Origin: an uncultured bacterium
GTDB taxonomy: Bacteria; Armatimonadota; UBA5829; DTLH01
Reading direction: 5' to 3'
Assembly (NCBI GenBank): GCA_964497515.1
Contig: CAZCCV010000009.1
Coordinates: 643 to 64,642 of the forward strand
DNA: 64,000 nucleotides
Positions 30,173 to 40,621 of the stretch are shown piece by piece (position 1 is the stretch's first letter; each line of letters starts with the position of its first letter). Below the pieces are notes generated by a model that had not been told where the DNA came from, searched no databases, and saw nothing but the letters and a program-made list of their open reading frames with translations. The position numbers were made by a program, and so were the translations under genes.

Positions 30173-30607
30173 ATGCCAACCAGATCAGCTCAGGCACAGT
30201 GGAAAGGCAACCTGAAACAGGGCGAGGGACAGATGAAGACCCAGAGCGGGGCGCTCGACGGAAAATTCGGATTTGGCTCGCGTTTCGAACAGTCACCGGG
30301 CACAAACCCAGAGGAATTGATTGCAGCAGCGCACGCAGGGTGCTTCAGTATGGCTCTTGCTGCAGGGCTTTCACAGGCTGGCCACGAACCGAAGTCGGTA
30401 AACACAACAGCGAAAGTGACTGTTGAGAACATCGAAGGGGGCTTCGCCATCACACGCAGCGCACTGCAAACACGTGTGGAATCGCCTGGTATGGATGACG
30501 CCACACTCCAGAAGTTTGCGCAGGAAGCAAAAGTGAACTGCCCGGTCTCCAAGGCGCTGAAGGGAGTGGAGATCACTCTCGTTGCAGAGCTTGCTGCACC
30601 TGCTTAG
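30173..30607 (+). CDS. osmC: OsmC/Ohr-family peroxiredoxin.
   Basis: GTNPEELIAAAHAGCFSMALA motif. AAGGAGG RBS 3 nt before ATG 30173. The track ORF start at 30122 is rejected. Confidence 0.8.
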   Translation: MPTRSAQAQWKGNLKQGEGQMKTQSGALDGKFGFGSRFEQSPGTNPEELIAAAHAGCFSMALAAGLSQAGHEPKSVNTTAKVTVENIEGGFAITRSALQTRVESPGMDDATLQKFAQEAKVNCPVSKALKGVEITLVAELAAPA

Positions 30608-30644
30608 CAATTGATAGACCGGCACTGAAGAATGGGCCGGAGCG

Positions 30645-30668
30645 TATGACCCGGCCCTGATTCTATTC
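30645..30668 (+). terminator. Hairpin GGGCCGG-agcgtatgac-CCGGCCC followed by a T-rich stretch. Candidate osmC terminator.
   Basis: Seen directly. Confidence 0.35.
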
Positions 30669-30766
30669 ATTCTGCAAGCAACAACCTTCCTAACAAAAGA
30701 AACCAACCGCGCATCGGAATCTGTGTATACTGTAACCAATGCTCTTTGGAAAAGAGAGGAGAGGTT

Positions 30767-32876
30767 ATGGACGTCAGAGGATTTTTCATCACCCTCGCAA
30801 TCTCATTGTTATGTGTCACTCTGTGGGCAAAGGATAACGCGACAGATCGGACATTCCTGTTAGAAGGTGTGCGTGAAATCGCAGCGCCCGGAGCCCCTGG
30901 ACCTCTGTGTATATCTGGAAAAGACGCTTTTGCAGTAGTCGCAGGCAAAACGGGCGATGTATTGGAACCGGTTGTCGCGGCCGCCAAAATTGGAAGCGGC
31001 AGAGTTGTGATCTTTGGGCACGACGGTTACTTCGGTGCAGAAACGCTGAAGACTGCAGACACAGGTCGGCTTATGGCAAACGCCGTGCGGTGGGCAGGTG
31101 ACAAATCGATACCCGCTGCAGCACGAATCGCAGTTCTTGACTCTCCCGAATTGTTGGCATTCCTGCAGCAAAAGGGCTTCGGTGCGCAATCTCTTAATAG
31201 GTTCAAATGGGCGGAGAATCTCAGTGATTACGACGTCCTTTGTCTATCTCCGTTCAACATGAATGACTCTGAGATTGCCTCGCTGCAGAGTTTCGTGCAG
31301 TCTGGCGGCGGACTAATTGTAAGCGGGCTCGGATGGGGCTGGCTTCAACTGAGTTCCGGCAAGACTCTGCAGAGCCTGCCCGGAAACCGACTGATTGAAC
31401 CCTTTGGTGTAATGTGGGCAGATGGTGTTCTGGAGCGTACATCAAAGAACGGTTATCTGGCAAATGCAGAGCATTTGGATTTGTGCAACGCTCATCGAGC
31501 ATTGCCGTTTGTGTTGGATTACACCGCAGAAACCGACGGCGTTTCGCCTGAACAACTTGCGCAGGCCGCATGGATTGTATCGCGAGCAGTGCTAACACTT
31601 CCCACATCCGACAAAGCAATCCTTCCGAAGCTGAACACTCTACTTGCAAAGCACGAAAGCGAACTCATCCCAACAAAAGAGAAGCCGCTCACTTCAAAGG
31701 AACCGCTGGCTAAACTACTGCTTGCAATGCAGCTAAACAGAATGATGAATACCCCTGCAAATGAAGTGATGGCACACCCTGCTGCAAGCGCCTTTCCTGG
31801 GAGCTGCCCAACTGATGAAAACAAAACGGAACGAAAGATTGCGGTAGATACATCCGTTCCGGACTGGCACAGCACCGGCATATATGCTGCCCCTGGTGAG
31901 CATTTGGAATTCCTTACGCCATCGACCGCAATTGGCAAAGGGATGCGAGTTCGGATTGGTTTATATAGAGGTACCGGAAAATTGCAACGTGGGAATCGTT
32001 GACATAGTCATCCGAGGTGGAACCGAGGCCGCTCATTATGTTCTCGGCAAGACCAGCCAAGCAGACTGGGAAAGAATCCGAACAAGCCCCGCCCCCTGGG
32101 CCGAATTGGAGACGGAGAAAATAATACTCACAGTTCCTTCGGACGTTGTGCAAGCGTTGGACGATCCGGAGGATCTGATGAAGTTCTGGGATCGGGTCTC
32201 AGACGCATGCGCTGAATTAGCTGGGTGGCCGCTCGACCGACCACGGGCGGAGCGCTACGTTACCGATATACAGATCAGCGTAGGGTATATGCATTCCGGG
32301 TATCCAATTATGACCTTCCTCGACGTTGCACCGGTGCTGGTTGATAAACCGCGTATTTTGGCGGATGGCCACGGCGGAGTGTGGGGATTCTTCCACGAGC
32401 TCGGCCACAATCACCAGTCGCCCGACTGGACGTTTGACGGAACAGTAGAGGTAACGGTGAATCTGTTTACTCTCTACGTTTACGACCAGGTTCACGGGAT
32501 AAAGGCCGAAAACCTGCGAGATTTTGATGCCGATGGCAGACGCAAACGTATCGAACCGTACCTAGCAGAAGGCGCACCCTTCGAAAAGTGGAAATCCGAT
32601 CCATTCCTTGCTCTGATTATGTACATCCAGTTGCAGGAAGTATTCGGATGGGATGCGTATAAACAGGTCTTTGCGGAGTATCGAGATCTTTCCCCATCCG
32701 AACGCCCAAGAACAGAAGAAGAGCGGCGTGACCAATGGATGGTTCGAATGTCGAGAACTGTCGGCAAGAACCTTGGTCCGTTCTTCCAGACTTGGGGCGT
32801 GCCAACTTCAAAGAATGCAAGGGATTCAATCTCTGACCTGCCAGATTGGATGCCGGAAGGGTTCCCTCAAAACTGA
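30767..32876 (+). pseudogene. M60-like (enhancin/TCAF-type) zinc metallopeptidase gene disrupted by a +1 frame change near 31890-32000.
   Basis: The track gives two overlapping ORFs in different frames, 30746-32002 and 31884-32876. The N-terminal part has a signal peptide and the WHSTGIYAAPGE region. The C-terminal part has HELGHNHQ (HExxH). An A-run at 31978-31981 is a plausible indel site. ATG 30767 carries the RBS. Confidence 0.6.
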
Positions 32877-32886
32877 CAGCCATTTG

Positions 32887-32913
32887 GAGGGCGACGGCGC
32901 TGCTGTCGCCCTC
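32887..32913. terminator. 9-bp perfect-stem hairpin (GAGGGCGAC/GTCGCCCTC) between the convergent M60 gene and prfC.
   Basis: Seen directly. Poor U tract. Confidence 0.3.
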
Positions 32914-32922
32914 TATACTATC

Positions 32923-34557
32923 TTAGTGGCCACTTCTGGCCTTTGTCTGTGGTGCAACATCGGAAAAAGTGACGTCGGGATTCTTCTCGATAAGGCGAGA
33001 AAGCACATAGTCACTATCTGCGAGCACTACCAATTCGCCATCACAGTCCTCAACAAGGCGGCTTCCCATCGAGAGCGAGAGCTTATCCATACTCTCTTTG
33101 CTGCCTCTTAGCCAGCGAGCATACTTCATATCCATAGGCTCGAGAACTGTATCAACGGAGTACTCCCCCTTCAGGCGGTGCTGAATGACATCGAACTGAA
33201 GCCGACCAACCACCGCCACAATCGGTTCCCGCACGGCTCCTGAACCGGTGGGATAGAACACCTGCACAGCGCCTTCCTGCATAAGCTGTTCGAGACCGCC
33301 TGTGAATTTCTTTCGACTTGACGGATCCGGACATCGAAGCACAGCGAAATGTTCGGGAGCGAACCTAGGAATGCAGTCGAAGCTCACGGGGCCATTTGAA
33401 CTGACTGTATCGCCAATTGAGAAAGCTCCCGGGTTCACCAGTCCGAGAATATCCCCCGGATACGCTTCTTCCACGGTATCTCTATCTCGCGCGAAGAGCT
33501 TGTGTGGTCGCGAAAGCCGCATCTTTGTGCCAAGGCGTGAATGATGAACTTGCATATCTTTCTCGAAACGCCCCGAACATATTCTCAGAAACGCAACACT
33601 ATCACGGTGCTTCGGATCCATATTTGCCTGGATTTTGAAAACAAAGCCCGTAAAATGCGGGTAAGTCGGATCGATGGATTCATCGGCTGCCTCCCTGGGG
33701 CCGGGGTACGTACCGAATGCAAGGAAAGAGTCCAAGAACAGCTTTACGCCGAAGTTGTTCGCTGCACTTCCGAAGTAGATGGGCGTCAAGAGCCCTGCTG
33801 TGAACTGCTCTTCATCGAACTCCTCACCTGCCAGGTCAAGGAGTTCCATTTCTTCAAGAAACTGCTTGTGCGTTGTTGTATCGACAAGTGCTGCACACTC
33901 CGGAGAATCCGGCGCAGTTACAATCTCTGGAGCCTTGGTGGCTCCGTGGAAAGTACGCTCGAAGAGGTGCATTACTCCTTCGCGACGATCGTAGACGCCT
34001 TTGAATGTCTGTCCGTTTCCGAGTGGCCAATTCATTGCTATAGTTCGAATGCCGAACTCCTTTTCCACTTCGTCTAGAAGATCCAAGGGCTCACGGCTGG
34101 GTCGATCCATCTTGTTGATAAAAGTGAGTATCGGAATCCCACGCATTCGGCACACGGCGAAGAGCTTTCGGGTCTGCGGTTCAATGCCCTTCGCACCATC
34201 GATCAGCATAACGGCAGCATCTGCAGCAGTGAGTGTGCGGTATGTATCCTCGCTAAAATCCTGGTGGCCTGGAGTGTCGAGTAGATTCAATACATAACCT
34301 TCGCACTCGAATTGAAGCACAGTAGACGTTACAGAAATGCCGCGTTGTCGCTCCAGCTCCATCCAGTCTGATGTGGCGTGACGCTGATCTTTCTTTGCTC
34401 TTACGGAGCCTGCAAGGTCGACAGCTCCAGAGTAGAGCAGCAGCTTTTCGGTAAGAGTAGTCTTCCCCGCGTCCGGGTGAGAAATTATAGCAAATGTCCG
34501 ACGGCGACGTATCTCGGCGTTCAGCTCTGTTAACAATATATATGCTCCAATAATCAC
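32923..34557 (-). CDS. prfC: Peptide chain release factor 3.
   Basis: AIISHPDAGKTTLTEKLL G1 motif. EF-G-like GTPase domains. Confidence 0.9.
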   Translation of the reverse strand: MIIGAYILLTELNAEIRRRRTFAIISHPDAGKTTLTEKLLLYSGAVDLAGSVRAKKDQRHATSDWMELERQRGISVTSTVLQFECEGYVLNLLDTPGHQDFSEDTYRTLTAADAAVMLIDGAKGIEPQTRKLFAVCRMRGIPILTFINKMDRPSREPLDLLDEVEKEFGIRTIAMNWPLGNGQTFKGVYDRREGVMHLFERTFHGATKAPEIVTAPDSPECAALVDTTTHKQFLEEMELLDLAGEEFDEEQFTAGLLTPIYFGSAANNFGVKLFLDSFLAFGTYPGPREAADESIDPTYPHFTGFVFKIQANMDPKHRDSVAFLRICSGRFEKDMQVHHSRLGTKMRLSRPHKLFARDRDTVEEAYPGDILGLVNPGAFSIGDTVSSNGPVSFDCIPRFAPEHFAVLRCPDPSSRKKFTGGLEQLMQEGAVQVFYPTGSGAVREPIVAVVGRLQFDVIQHRLKGEYSVDTVLEPMDMKYARWLRGSKESMDKLSLSMGSRLVEDCDGELVVLADSDYVLSRLIEKNPDVTFSDVAPQTKARSGH

Positions 34558-34666
34558 AGAATTGCCTTCCCGAACCAGAGAGAAGGGAAGGGTGAACAGC
34601 CTATTTTATCACAAAAGCGCGAAGCCCGTTGATGAAAACACCTGTGGAAAAACTTCAAAACCGAGG

Positions 34667-34695
34667 TTGACACAGCGAAAAACCTGGTTTATACT
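34667..34695 (+). promoter_or_regulatory. Consensus sigma70 promoter TTGACA-17-TATACT, about 275 nt upstream of the PEP-CTERM gene.
   Basis: ttgaca at 34667-34672 and tatact at 34690-34695, with an exact 17-nt spacer. Confidence 0.5.
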
Positions 34696-34970
34696 ACAGG
34701 CAGGCGAGCAAGATGGGTTGTTCTGTGTGGCTAATGACGGGAATAAACTGCCATAACACAACACAAAGTATTCTCCCGCATAGACCAAAAGCCACTCAGT
34801 AAACAAACACGCCATAGTCGCACTGTAGTACTTCGTTTTGGGACAACACATCAACTGAGACAGCCACACGTCAGTAGGTTTTGTCCTAAATCAGCATCCG
34901 AAGTGCCAAGCACTATTCGGAATTGACTGGCACAGTGCACTCAAAATGGAAGGAAGGAGAAACGAGATTG

Positions 34971-35738
34971 ATGAAAAGACTGTTTTTTGTACTGGCAGCA
35001 GCCATGCTGTTGGTCTCCGTTGGCGTTCAGGCGGACGTAGTAGAGGTAACCTACGTATTTACTGGCGCAGATCTGATTAACAACGTATTTGATGCAACCG
35101 CCCGCCACGGCGCGGATGGTTCTCTAAAGGTTTACGAAGGCATGCGCCAAATTGGCCCTGCCGAGGGAACCGCAGTTGGTGCCACATTCCTCAGCGGCAA
35201 CTACCTCACCAAGTTCAACCAGGCTTGGGACGAGGCCGTGGAGGAAGGACGAGTTCTTAGCCTTTTCCACCTGTCCGGAAACAATGGTTATGCTGGACAG
35301 TGGGGTGAAGACTACAAGCCGTTTGAGTGGGTTTCTGGAACAGCACCAGATGGTTGGGTGTTCTCGATAGAGCCGGATTCATCTCCGAACCCCGCTGCTC
35401 ATACGAGCATGATTCCTGTATGGCAGAACGAGACCGGTGGTCTGGTTCTCACAGACCCGAACCTGGCAGACGAGATATTCACCGTAACGGTTAAGTTTGA
35501 CACCGAAGATATGTGGTGGGGTAACCCGAACGACTATCTCTACGGCTGCAACACTGCGCCGAACTCCATTTACGGACTGACCATGTACTTCAATTCCTGG
35601 TTCAGCGAGCCTGGTGGAGATTACGAGAACCGATACGTTGGCAATATGTTTGCCGAGGCAGTACCAGAGCCAATGAGCCTTCTGGTTATAGCAACAGGAC
35701 TTGGTTCGCTTGTTGGCTATCGCAGATTCCGCAAGTAA
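34971..35738 (+). CDS. PEP-CTERM sorting-domain secreted protein.
   Basis: Signal peptide MKRLFFVLAAAMLLVSVGVQA. The C-terminus VPEPMSLLVIATGLGSLVGYRRFRK is a PEP motif plus TM plus a basic tail. AGGAAGGAG RBS 11 nt before ATG 34971. Confidence 0.75.
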   Translation: MKRLFFVLAAAMLLVSVGVQADVVEVTYVFTGADLINNVFDATARHGADGSLKVYEGMRQIGPAEGTAVGATFLSGNYLTKFNQAWDEAVEEGRVLSLFHLSGNNGYAGQWGEDYKPFEWVSGTAPDGWVFSIEPDSSPNPAAHTSMIPVWQNETGGLVLTDPNLADEIFTVTVKFDTEDMWWGNPNDYLYGCNTAPNSIYGLTMYFNSWFSEPGGDYENRYVGNMFAEAVPEPMSLLVIATGLGSLVGYRRFRK

Positions 35739-35769
35739 GCTAGTACTATTGCTCGCTTAAGACAATCAG

Positions 35770-35801
35770 AAGCCACCTCTAACCAGAGGTGGCTTTTCTT
35801 C
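35770..35801 (+). terminator. Rho-independent terminator (AAGCCACCTCT-aacc-AGAGGTGGCTT-TTCTTC).
   Basis: Seen directly, after the PEP-CTERM gene. Confidence 0.5.
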
Positions 35802-35902
35802 AGTCTTTGCGTCCACAGTTTTCGTAGAAGTCAGCACCACATAGACTCTTTTGCAGGAGAACGGCTATGCTGTAGATAAGTGAACCCTGAAAGGAGTCTG
35901 TT

Positions 35903-37039
35903 ATGTACACACACATGAAAAGATCCACTCTACTGGTTTTGGCTCTGGTTGTTCTGGCAGCTTCCGCTTGGGCAGCACCGAACAACATTATATTGATGAT
36001 TGGTGATGGAATGGGTCTGGCGCACGTCGCCGCCGCCAGGATTGCCTCAAATGGTCCCGATGGCAGACTTGCCATAGATACGATGCCTGTCACCGGACTT
36101 GTCTGCACTCATTCTGCAAATGCAGTGGTCACCGACTCTGCTGCTTCGGGAACTGCCCTTGCATCCGGAACAAAAACCAACAATGGAATGCTGAGTATGA
36201 CTCCCGATGGCACTCGCGTGAAGACGATTTTGGAGGCAGCACGAGGCATTGCAAAGTCAACTGGGTTGGTAACAACCACCTCTATCTGCGATGCTACACC
36301 AGCGGCCTTCGCATCGCACGTTCTAAACAGAGGACAGCACCCCGAAATCGCCGGCCAACTGCTGGCATCGAGAGTCGATATACTTCTTGGGGGCGGCAGG
36401 AGTTCGTTCATCCCTAAGACTGAAGAGGGCAGCAACCGCAGCGATGAGCGCAACCTGATGACCGAGGCCAGTGCTCGAGGCTATGCAGTGGTCACGACAG
36501 CTGAAGAGTTTGCAGGCACCAAGAGCGACAAAATTCTAGGGCTTTTCGCCAAAGGAGCTCTCACCACACGAGAACCCGAGCCACCGCTATCTGACCTTGC
36601 AAAAAAAGCGATTGATGTTCTCTCTAAGAACAAAGATGGGTTCTTCCTGATGGTCGAAGGAGGCCAAATAGATATCTACGCGCACGGCAACGACGGCGAG
36701 GGAATGATCAGACAGCTTCTCGAGTTCGACAAGGCTGTAGCGCACGCCCTGGATTTCGCCAAGCGCGATGGGAATACTCTAGTTATTGTCACCGCCGACC
36801 ACGAGACCGGCGGCCTTACCCTTTTGGACGAAGAGGGAAAGATCAAGCATTCTTGGAGCACGCGGGGACACAGCGGCAGCCCTGTTCCGCTTTATGCCTT
36901 CGGACCAGGTTCTGAGCGTTTTTCTGGAATCCTAGACAACACCGATGTAAGCCGCGGGATGGCTAGTCTGTGGAGAGTGAGTATCGGCACGACCAAAACC
37001 TCCGCTATTCCCAGTCTCCTTGCAGCAACAATTCAGTAA
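35903..37039 (+). CDS. phoA: Alkaline phosphatase (PhoA family), secreted.
   Basis: MIGDGMG. DSAASGTALASG with the active-site Ser. VTADHETGG. Signal peptide present. AAGGAG RBS. Confidence 0.85.
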   Translation: MYTHMKRSTLLVLALVVLAASAWAAPNNIILMIGDGMGLAHVAAARIASNGPDGRLAIDTMPVTGLVCTHSANAVVTDSAASGTALASGTKTNNGMLSMTPDGTRVKTILEAARGIAKSTGLVTTTSICDATPAAFASHVLNRGQHPEIAGQLLASRVDILLGGGRSSFIPKTEEGSNRSDERNLMTEASARGYAVVTTAEEFAGTKSDKILGLFAKGALTTREPEPPLSDLAKKAIDVLSKNKDGFFLMVEGGQIDIYAHGNDGEGMIRQLLEFDKAVAHALDFAKRDGNTLVIVTADHETGGLTLLDEEGKIKHSWSTRGHSGSPVPLYAFGPGSERFSGILDNTDVSRGMASLWRVSIGTTKTSAIPSLLAATIQ

Positions 37040-37116
37040 GACAGTAGCTGCCCAAATGCACAACAGGGCATAAGGCTGATTCCTCAGCCAGGTTAGTAAC
37101 GACTTGCAGAACACGG

Positions 37117-37154
37117 CAGGCCGATGGGATACATTCCCTCGGCCTGCTTGTTTT
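37117..37154 (+). terminator. Rho-independent terminator (CAGGCCGA-loop-TCGGCCTG followed by CTTGTTTT).
   Basis: Seen directly, after the phosphatase gene. Confidence 0.55.
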
Positions 37155-37223
37155 GGCATTAATCCGGTCTTTGATTCTCAAAGCGCGCAGTGAAGGAACA
37201 ATTTCGAGATTGCACAAGTCATC

Positions 37224-37252
37224 TTGACAGGCACATCTTGATGATATATCAT
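37224..37252 (+). promoter_or_regulatory. Candidate sigma70 promoter TTGACA-17-TATCAT for the AbrB-like/efflux operon.
   Basis: ttgaca at 37224-37229 and tatcat at 37247-37252. Confidence 0.45.
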
Positions 37253-37312
37253 TCAAATGGTTCTTATATGAAATGTATGATTTGCATGGAATCATAGAAA
37301 GAGGTGGTCGAA

Positions 37313-37603
37313 GTGAAATCGCAGGATGCACGCTCAATAGACGACAATTTCTTCGGTTCTGTCACCGTAGGTGAGCGTGGGCAAGTGGTAATACCCGCTG
37401 AAGCAAGGAAAATGCTGAGTATTCACGCAGGAGACAAGCTGCTTGTAATTGGTCATCCCTCTAGTTCGGGATTGGTTATGGCAAAGCTAGACTCAATGCG
37501 GGAATTCATCACCTCGCTTATGGAAGGGCTGAGGGAAGTGGAGGAGACCAGTCCCTCTGAAGCAGAGAATGCTGCAAGAAAGACCAAAGACGGTCAGAAC
37601 TAG
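37313..37603 (+). CDS. AbrB/MazE/SpoVT-family DNA-binding protein.
   Basis: GSVTVGERGQVVIPAEARKML swapped-hairpin motif. GTG 37313 has an AAGAGG RBS at good spacing. The track start is 37304. Confidence 0.65.
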   Translation: MKSQDARSIDDNFFGSVTVGERGQVVIPAEARKMLSIHAGDKLLVIGHPSSSGLVMAKLDSMREFITSLMEGLREVEETSPSEAENAARKTKDGQN

Positions 37604-37628
37604 AAACCATCGAATATGGAGGCTGGAA

Positions 37629-39137
37629 TTGCCAGATAGAGTCATAACTCTTTGTCTTGTTGTCCTATTGGCGGTAATGACTCCTGCGGTAGGACTCAGT
37701 GAATCAAAGGAAGAACAACCGGAGAAAGCAATCGCGACGGCAACCACTTTATCCGCGCTATCCGGAATCGAACTAACCGATCCGATACTCACTATAGATG
37801 AGGCCATTGAGTTAGCGGTATCAAACAGTCCGATGATTGCAATAGCAGTGGACAATACACTTAAGGCTGAAAACCAAAGCCGCGCAGCAGCAAGAGCTGG
37901 GAAACTGCAGGTTAGTGTGCAGTCACAGTATGTGAGATTGGAACCATCTTCTACAATGTCCTTCCCTGGATCAGATGGAACGCCTATACAGATTGAAACT
38001 CGGCCATCGTCGCAGCTTACGGCTTCTGCATCGGCTGCACTGCCGATAGATATATCCCGCAGAATAGCAGTCGGTCGTGAGCTTGCCCGATTGAACATTG
38101 GCATACAGGGCTATTCCGCACAGCAGTCGCTGCAGCAGTTAATCTGCGATGTGAAAAGCGCATATTACAACGTTCTACGAGCCCAGGCGAGTGTGGGGGT
38201 TGCGCAATCTGCTATTTCGGCAGCCGAGGAACGGCTTCGCGTGTCGAAGGCGCAGTTCAATGTGGGGCTTTCACCGAAATTCGATGTTATGCAGGCTGAA
38301 GTGGACGTTGCAAACCTCAACCAGATGATGATCCAGGCTCAAAACGGTGTCGATGCGTCTAAAGGTGTGCTGAACAGACTCATCGGGCTCGACGCCAACA
38401 CGCCATTTGAGGTTGAGGAGCCGACCACAGGCACTATAGCTGCAAAGACACTTGATATTCCAGCGTTGACTCAACAAGCGCTTACAGTTAGGCCAGAGAT
38501 AATGCAATCTACGGTCGCAATTACCGCAGCCGAAAAGGGAGTGCAGTTTGCTCGGACAGAAGACAAGCCAACACTGGCTGCTTTCGTCACACCAAACTAT
38601 ACAAACAACGCCTCAGCGTTCAGTCCCGACAAGATGACCTATTCTTACGGGCTCAGCGCGACTTGGTCCATATGGAACAGCGGGGTCACTCGAGCAAATG
38701 TGGCCGTGGCTAAAAATGATTTAGATATGGCGCAACAGGGGTTGAAGGCTGCTTCACTCGGAGTGGAGCTCGATGTACGGACGAGCGCGCTGAGCGTAAT
38801 GGAAGCCTCACGCCGTGTTCAAACTGCACAATCGAATGTCGACTTAGCAAAAGAGGCGCAGAGACTATCCAACGTAAGATACAAAGAGGGTGTATCTACA
38901 CAGGTTGAGGTAAGCAGTGCCGAAGCCGCGTTGACCCAGGCTTTAAACAACCTTGTAAGCGCGCGTTACGATTATCTCACAGCAGTTGCCCAGTTGGAAC
39001 GAGCAACAGTGACACAACCAGAGTACGAGGTTTATACTCTGCCGGGAGTGCCCTCGCTGCCGACAACTGCCAAAGAGGCGAGTCGGGTTGATCTGCTGTC
39101 TGAAAAAACAATTGGGATCGAAGGAGCTGCTAAATGA
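37629..39137 (+). CDS. TolC-family outer-membrane efflux protein.
   Basis: Signal peptide. Two repeats of the coiled-coil/beta-barrel OEP architecture. TTG 37629 with GGAGG 6 nt upstream. The track ORF starts at 37569. Confidence 0.8.
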   Translation: MPDRVITLCLVVLLAVMTPAVGLSESKEEQPEKAIATATTLSALSGIELTDPILTIDEAIELAVSNSPMIAIAVDNTLKAENQSRAAARAGKLQVSVQSQYVRLEPSSTMSFPGSDGTPIQIETRPSSQLTASASAALPIDISRRIAVGRELARLNIGIQGYSAQQSLQQLICDVKSAYYNVLRAQASVGVAQSAISAAEERLRVSKAQFNVGLSPKFDVMQAEVDVANLNQMMIQAQNGVDASKGVLNRLIGLDANTPFEVEEPTTGTIAAKTLDIPALTQQALTVRPEIMQSTVAITAAEKGVQFARTEDKPTLAAFVTPNYTNNASAFSPDKMTYSYGLSATWSIWNSGVTRANVAVAKNDLDMAQQGLKAASLGVELDVRTSALSVMEASRRVQTAQSNVDLAKEAQRLSNVRYKEGVSTQVEVSSAEAALTQALNNLVSARYDYLTAVAQLERATVTQPEYEVYTLPGVPSLPTTAKEASRVDLLSEKTIGIEGAAK

Positions 39138-40609
39138 GCAGAAACAGAATTATCGCACTTTCACTGGTTATAGCGATCATAGCTGGTTTGATGGTGCTTG
39201 CAAAAAATCGAAATGTGAGGAAAGTCGCTCCCACAACGCAAGAGATTCAGGCAGATGTTGGAATTCCCATACAGACCGCACCAGTTCACTTCGGACACAT
39301 AGATGACGCTATACCAGTTACAGGCGACATCAAAGCGCTAGACAGTGTGACTCTGTCGTCTAAGATATCAGGGAAAGTAGCCACAGTATATGTCCGCGAA
39401 GGCGATGTTGTGCGCAAAGGGCAGACGGTGGCAACCCTAGATAGAAGCGATGCAGAAGCGCAACTGAGACAGGCTCAGGCCGGGCTGCAATCGGCACTGG
39501 CACGACTCTCACAGGCACAAACCAGTGCAAATGTGGTGTCTGTTCATTCTGCCGCAACAATCCAGCAGGCAAAGGCAGGGCTCGAAGCCGCGGAAGCAAC
39601 CTACGAAAAGGTTCTAAAAGGCGCACGCTCGCAGGAGCGTATGATATCGGAGAGTCAGGTAGTTACAGCAAAGGCCGGTCTGGACAACGCGCAGGCAAAC
39701 CTCAAACGTTACAAACAGCTCTTCCAAGAAGGCGCAATCGCTGCGGCACAGCTCGAAGTCAGCCAGACTCAGTATGATGTCGCTTTAGCACAGTACAACG
39801 CCGCCAAGCAGGGACTGTCGCTGGTGGAAGAAGGTGCAAGAAGTGAGGACGTTCGAGCTGCTGCCACTCAGGTTACACAGGCTAAAGAAGCCCTGAAGAC
39901 CGCAAAAGCCAACGCTGCTCAAAATGAACTTAGTAAGGAAGACATAAAGAACGCCAAAGCCGGCGTAGCCCAGGCTGAAGCACAGGTAGCGCTGGCACAG
40001 GAGCAATTAAACAATACAAGCATCGTATCTTCGATCAATGGCATCATTTCGAAACGGATGACTGAGCCAGGCCAGATGGCTTCGCCTGGTGCCCCGCTGA
40101 TGGAAGCTGTCGATTTAAACAGCGTGTTTTTCCAGGCTAACGTATCCGAAACGTTGCTTGCACGCGTGAAACCTTCGCAGGTGGTGACTGTAATCGTAGA
40201 TGCCTATTCGGACAGAGTATTCTCCGGCAAAGTTGAAAAAATCTATCCGACCACCACTGGAGGCGCAAGAAGCTTCGATATTCGAGTGAATGTGCCGAAC
40301 CAGAACAACGAATTGAAACCGGGAATGTTTGCCAGAGGATCGATTATTACATCGGTCAATGGTGGGGCGATGCTCATACCGGTAGATGCTATCGAAGAAC
40401 GAAACGGAGAGAGCATCGTCTTTGTGTTGAAAGGCAATACGGTAAAGAAACGTATTGTCACCAAAGGAATGACAAACACCGATTTTGTTGAAGTGCTTCC
40501 TCCAACGCATCTGAACCCGGGAGACGCAGTCGTAATATCGGGTCATGAGAACTTGGAAGATGGGTCGAAGGTATATGTGCCCGGCGCTACAGAGAAGGCA
40601 CTCCGGTAG
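39134..40609 (+). CDS. Efflux RND transporter periplasmic adaptor (HlyD/MFP family) with a long coiled-coil hairpin.
   Basis: N-terminal TM, then a biotinyl-like domain, an extended Ala/Gln-rich coiled coil and a beta-barrel. ATGA overlap with the TolC stop. Confidence 0.85.
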   Translation: MSRNRIIALSLVIAIIAGLMVLAKNRNVRKVAPTTQEIQADVGIPIQTAPVHFGHIDDAIPVTGDIKALDSVTLSSKISGKVATVYVREGDVVRKGQTVATLDRSDAEAQLRQAQAGLQSALARLSQAQTSANVVSVHSAATIQQAKAGLEAAEATYEKVLKGARSQERMISESQVVTAKAGLDNAQANLKRYKQLFQEGAIAAAQLEVSQTQYDVALAQYNAAKQGLSLVEEGARSEDVRAAATQVTQAKEALKTAKANAAQNELSKEDIKNAKAGVAQAEAQVALAQEQLNNTSIVSSINGIISKRMTEPGQMASPGAPLMEAVDLNSVFFQANVSETLLARVKPSQVVTVIVDAYSDRVFSGKVEKIYPTTTGGARSFDIRVNVPNQNNELKPGMFARGSIITSVNGGAMLIPVDAIEERNGESIVFVLKGNTVKKRIVTKGMTNTDFVEVLPPTHLNPGDAVVISGHENLEDGSKVYVPGATEKALR

Positions 40610-40621
40610 AGGTTTCAATAT

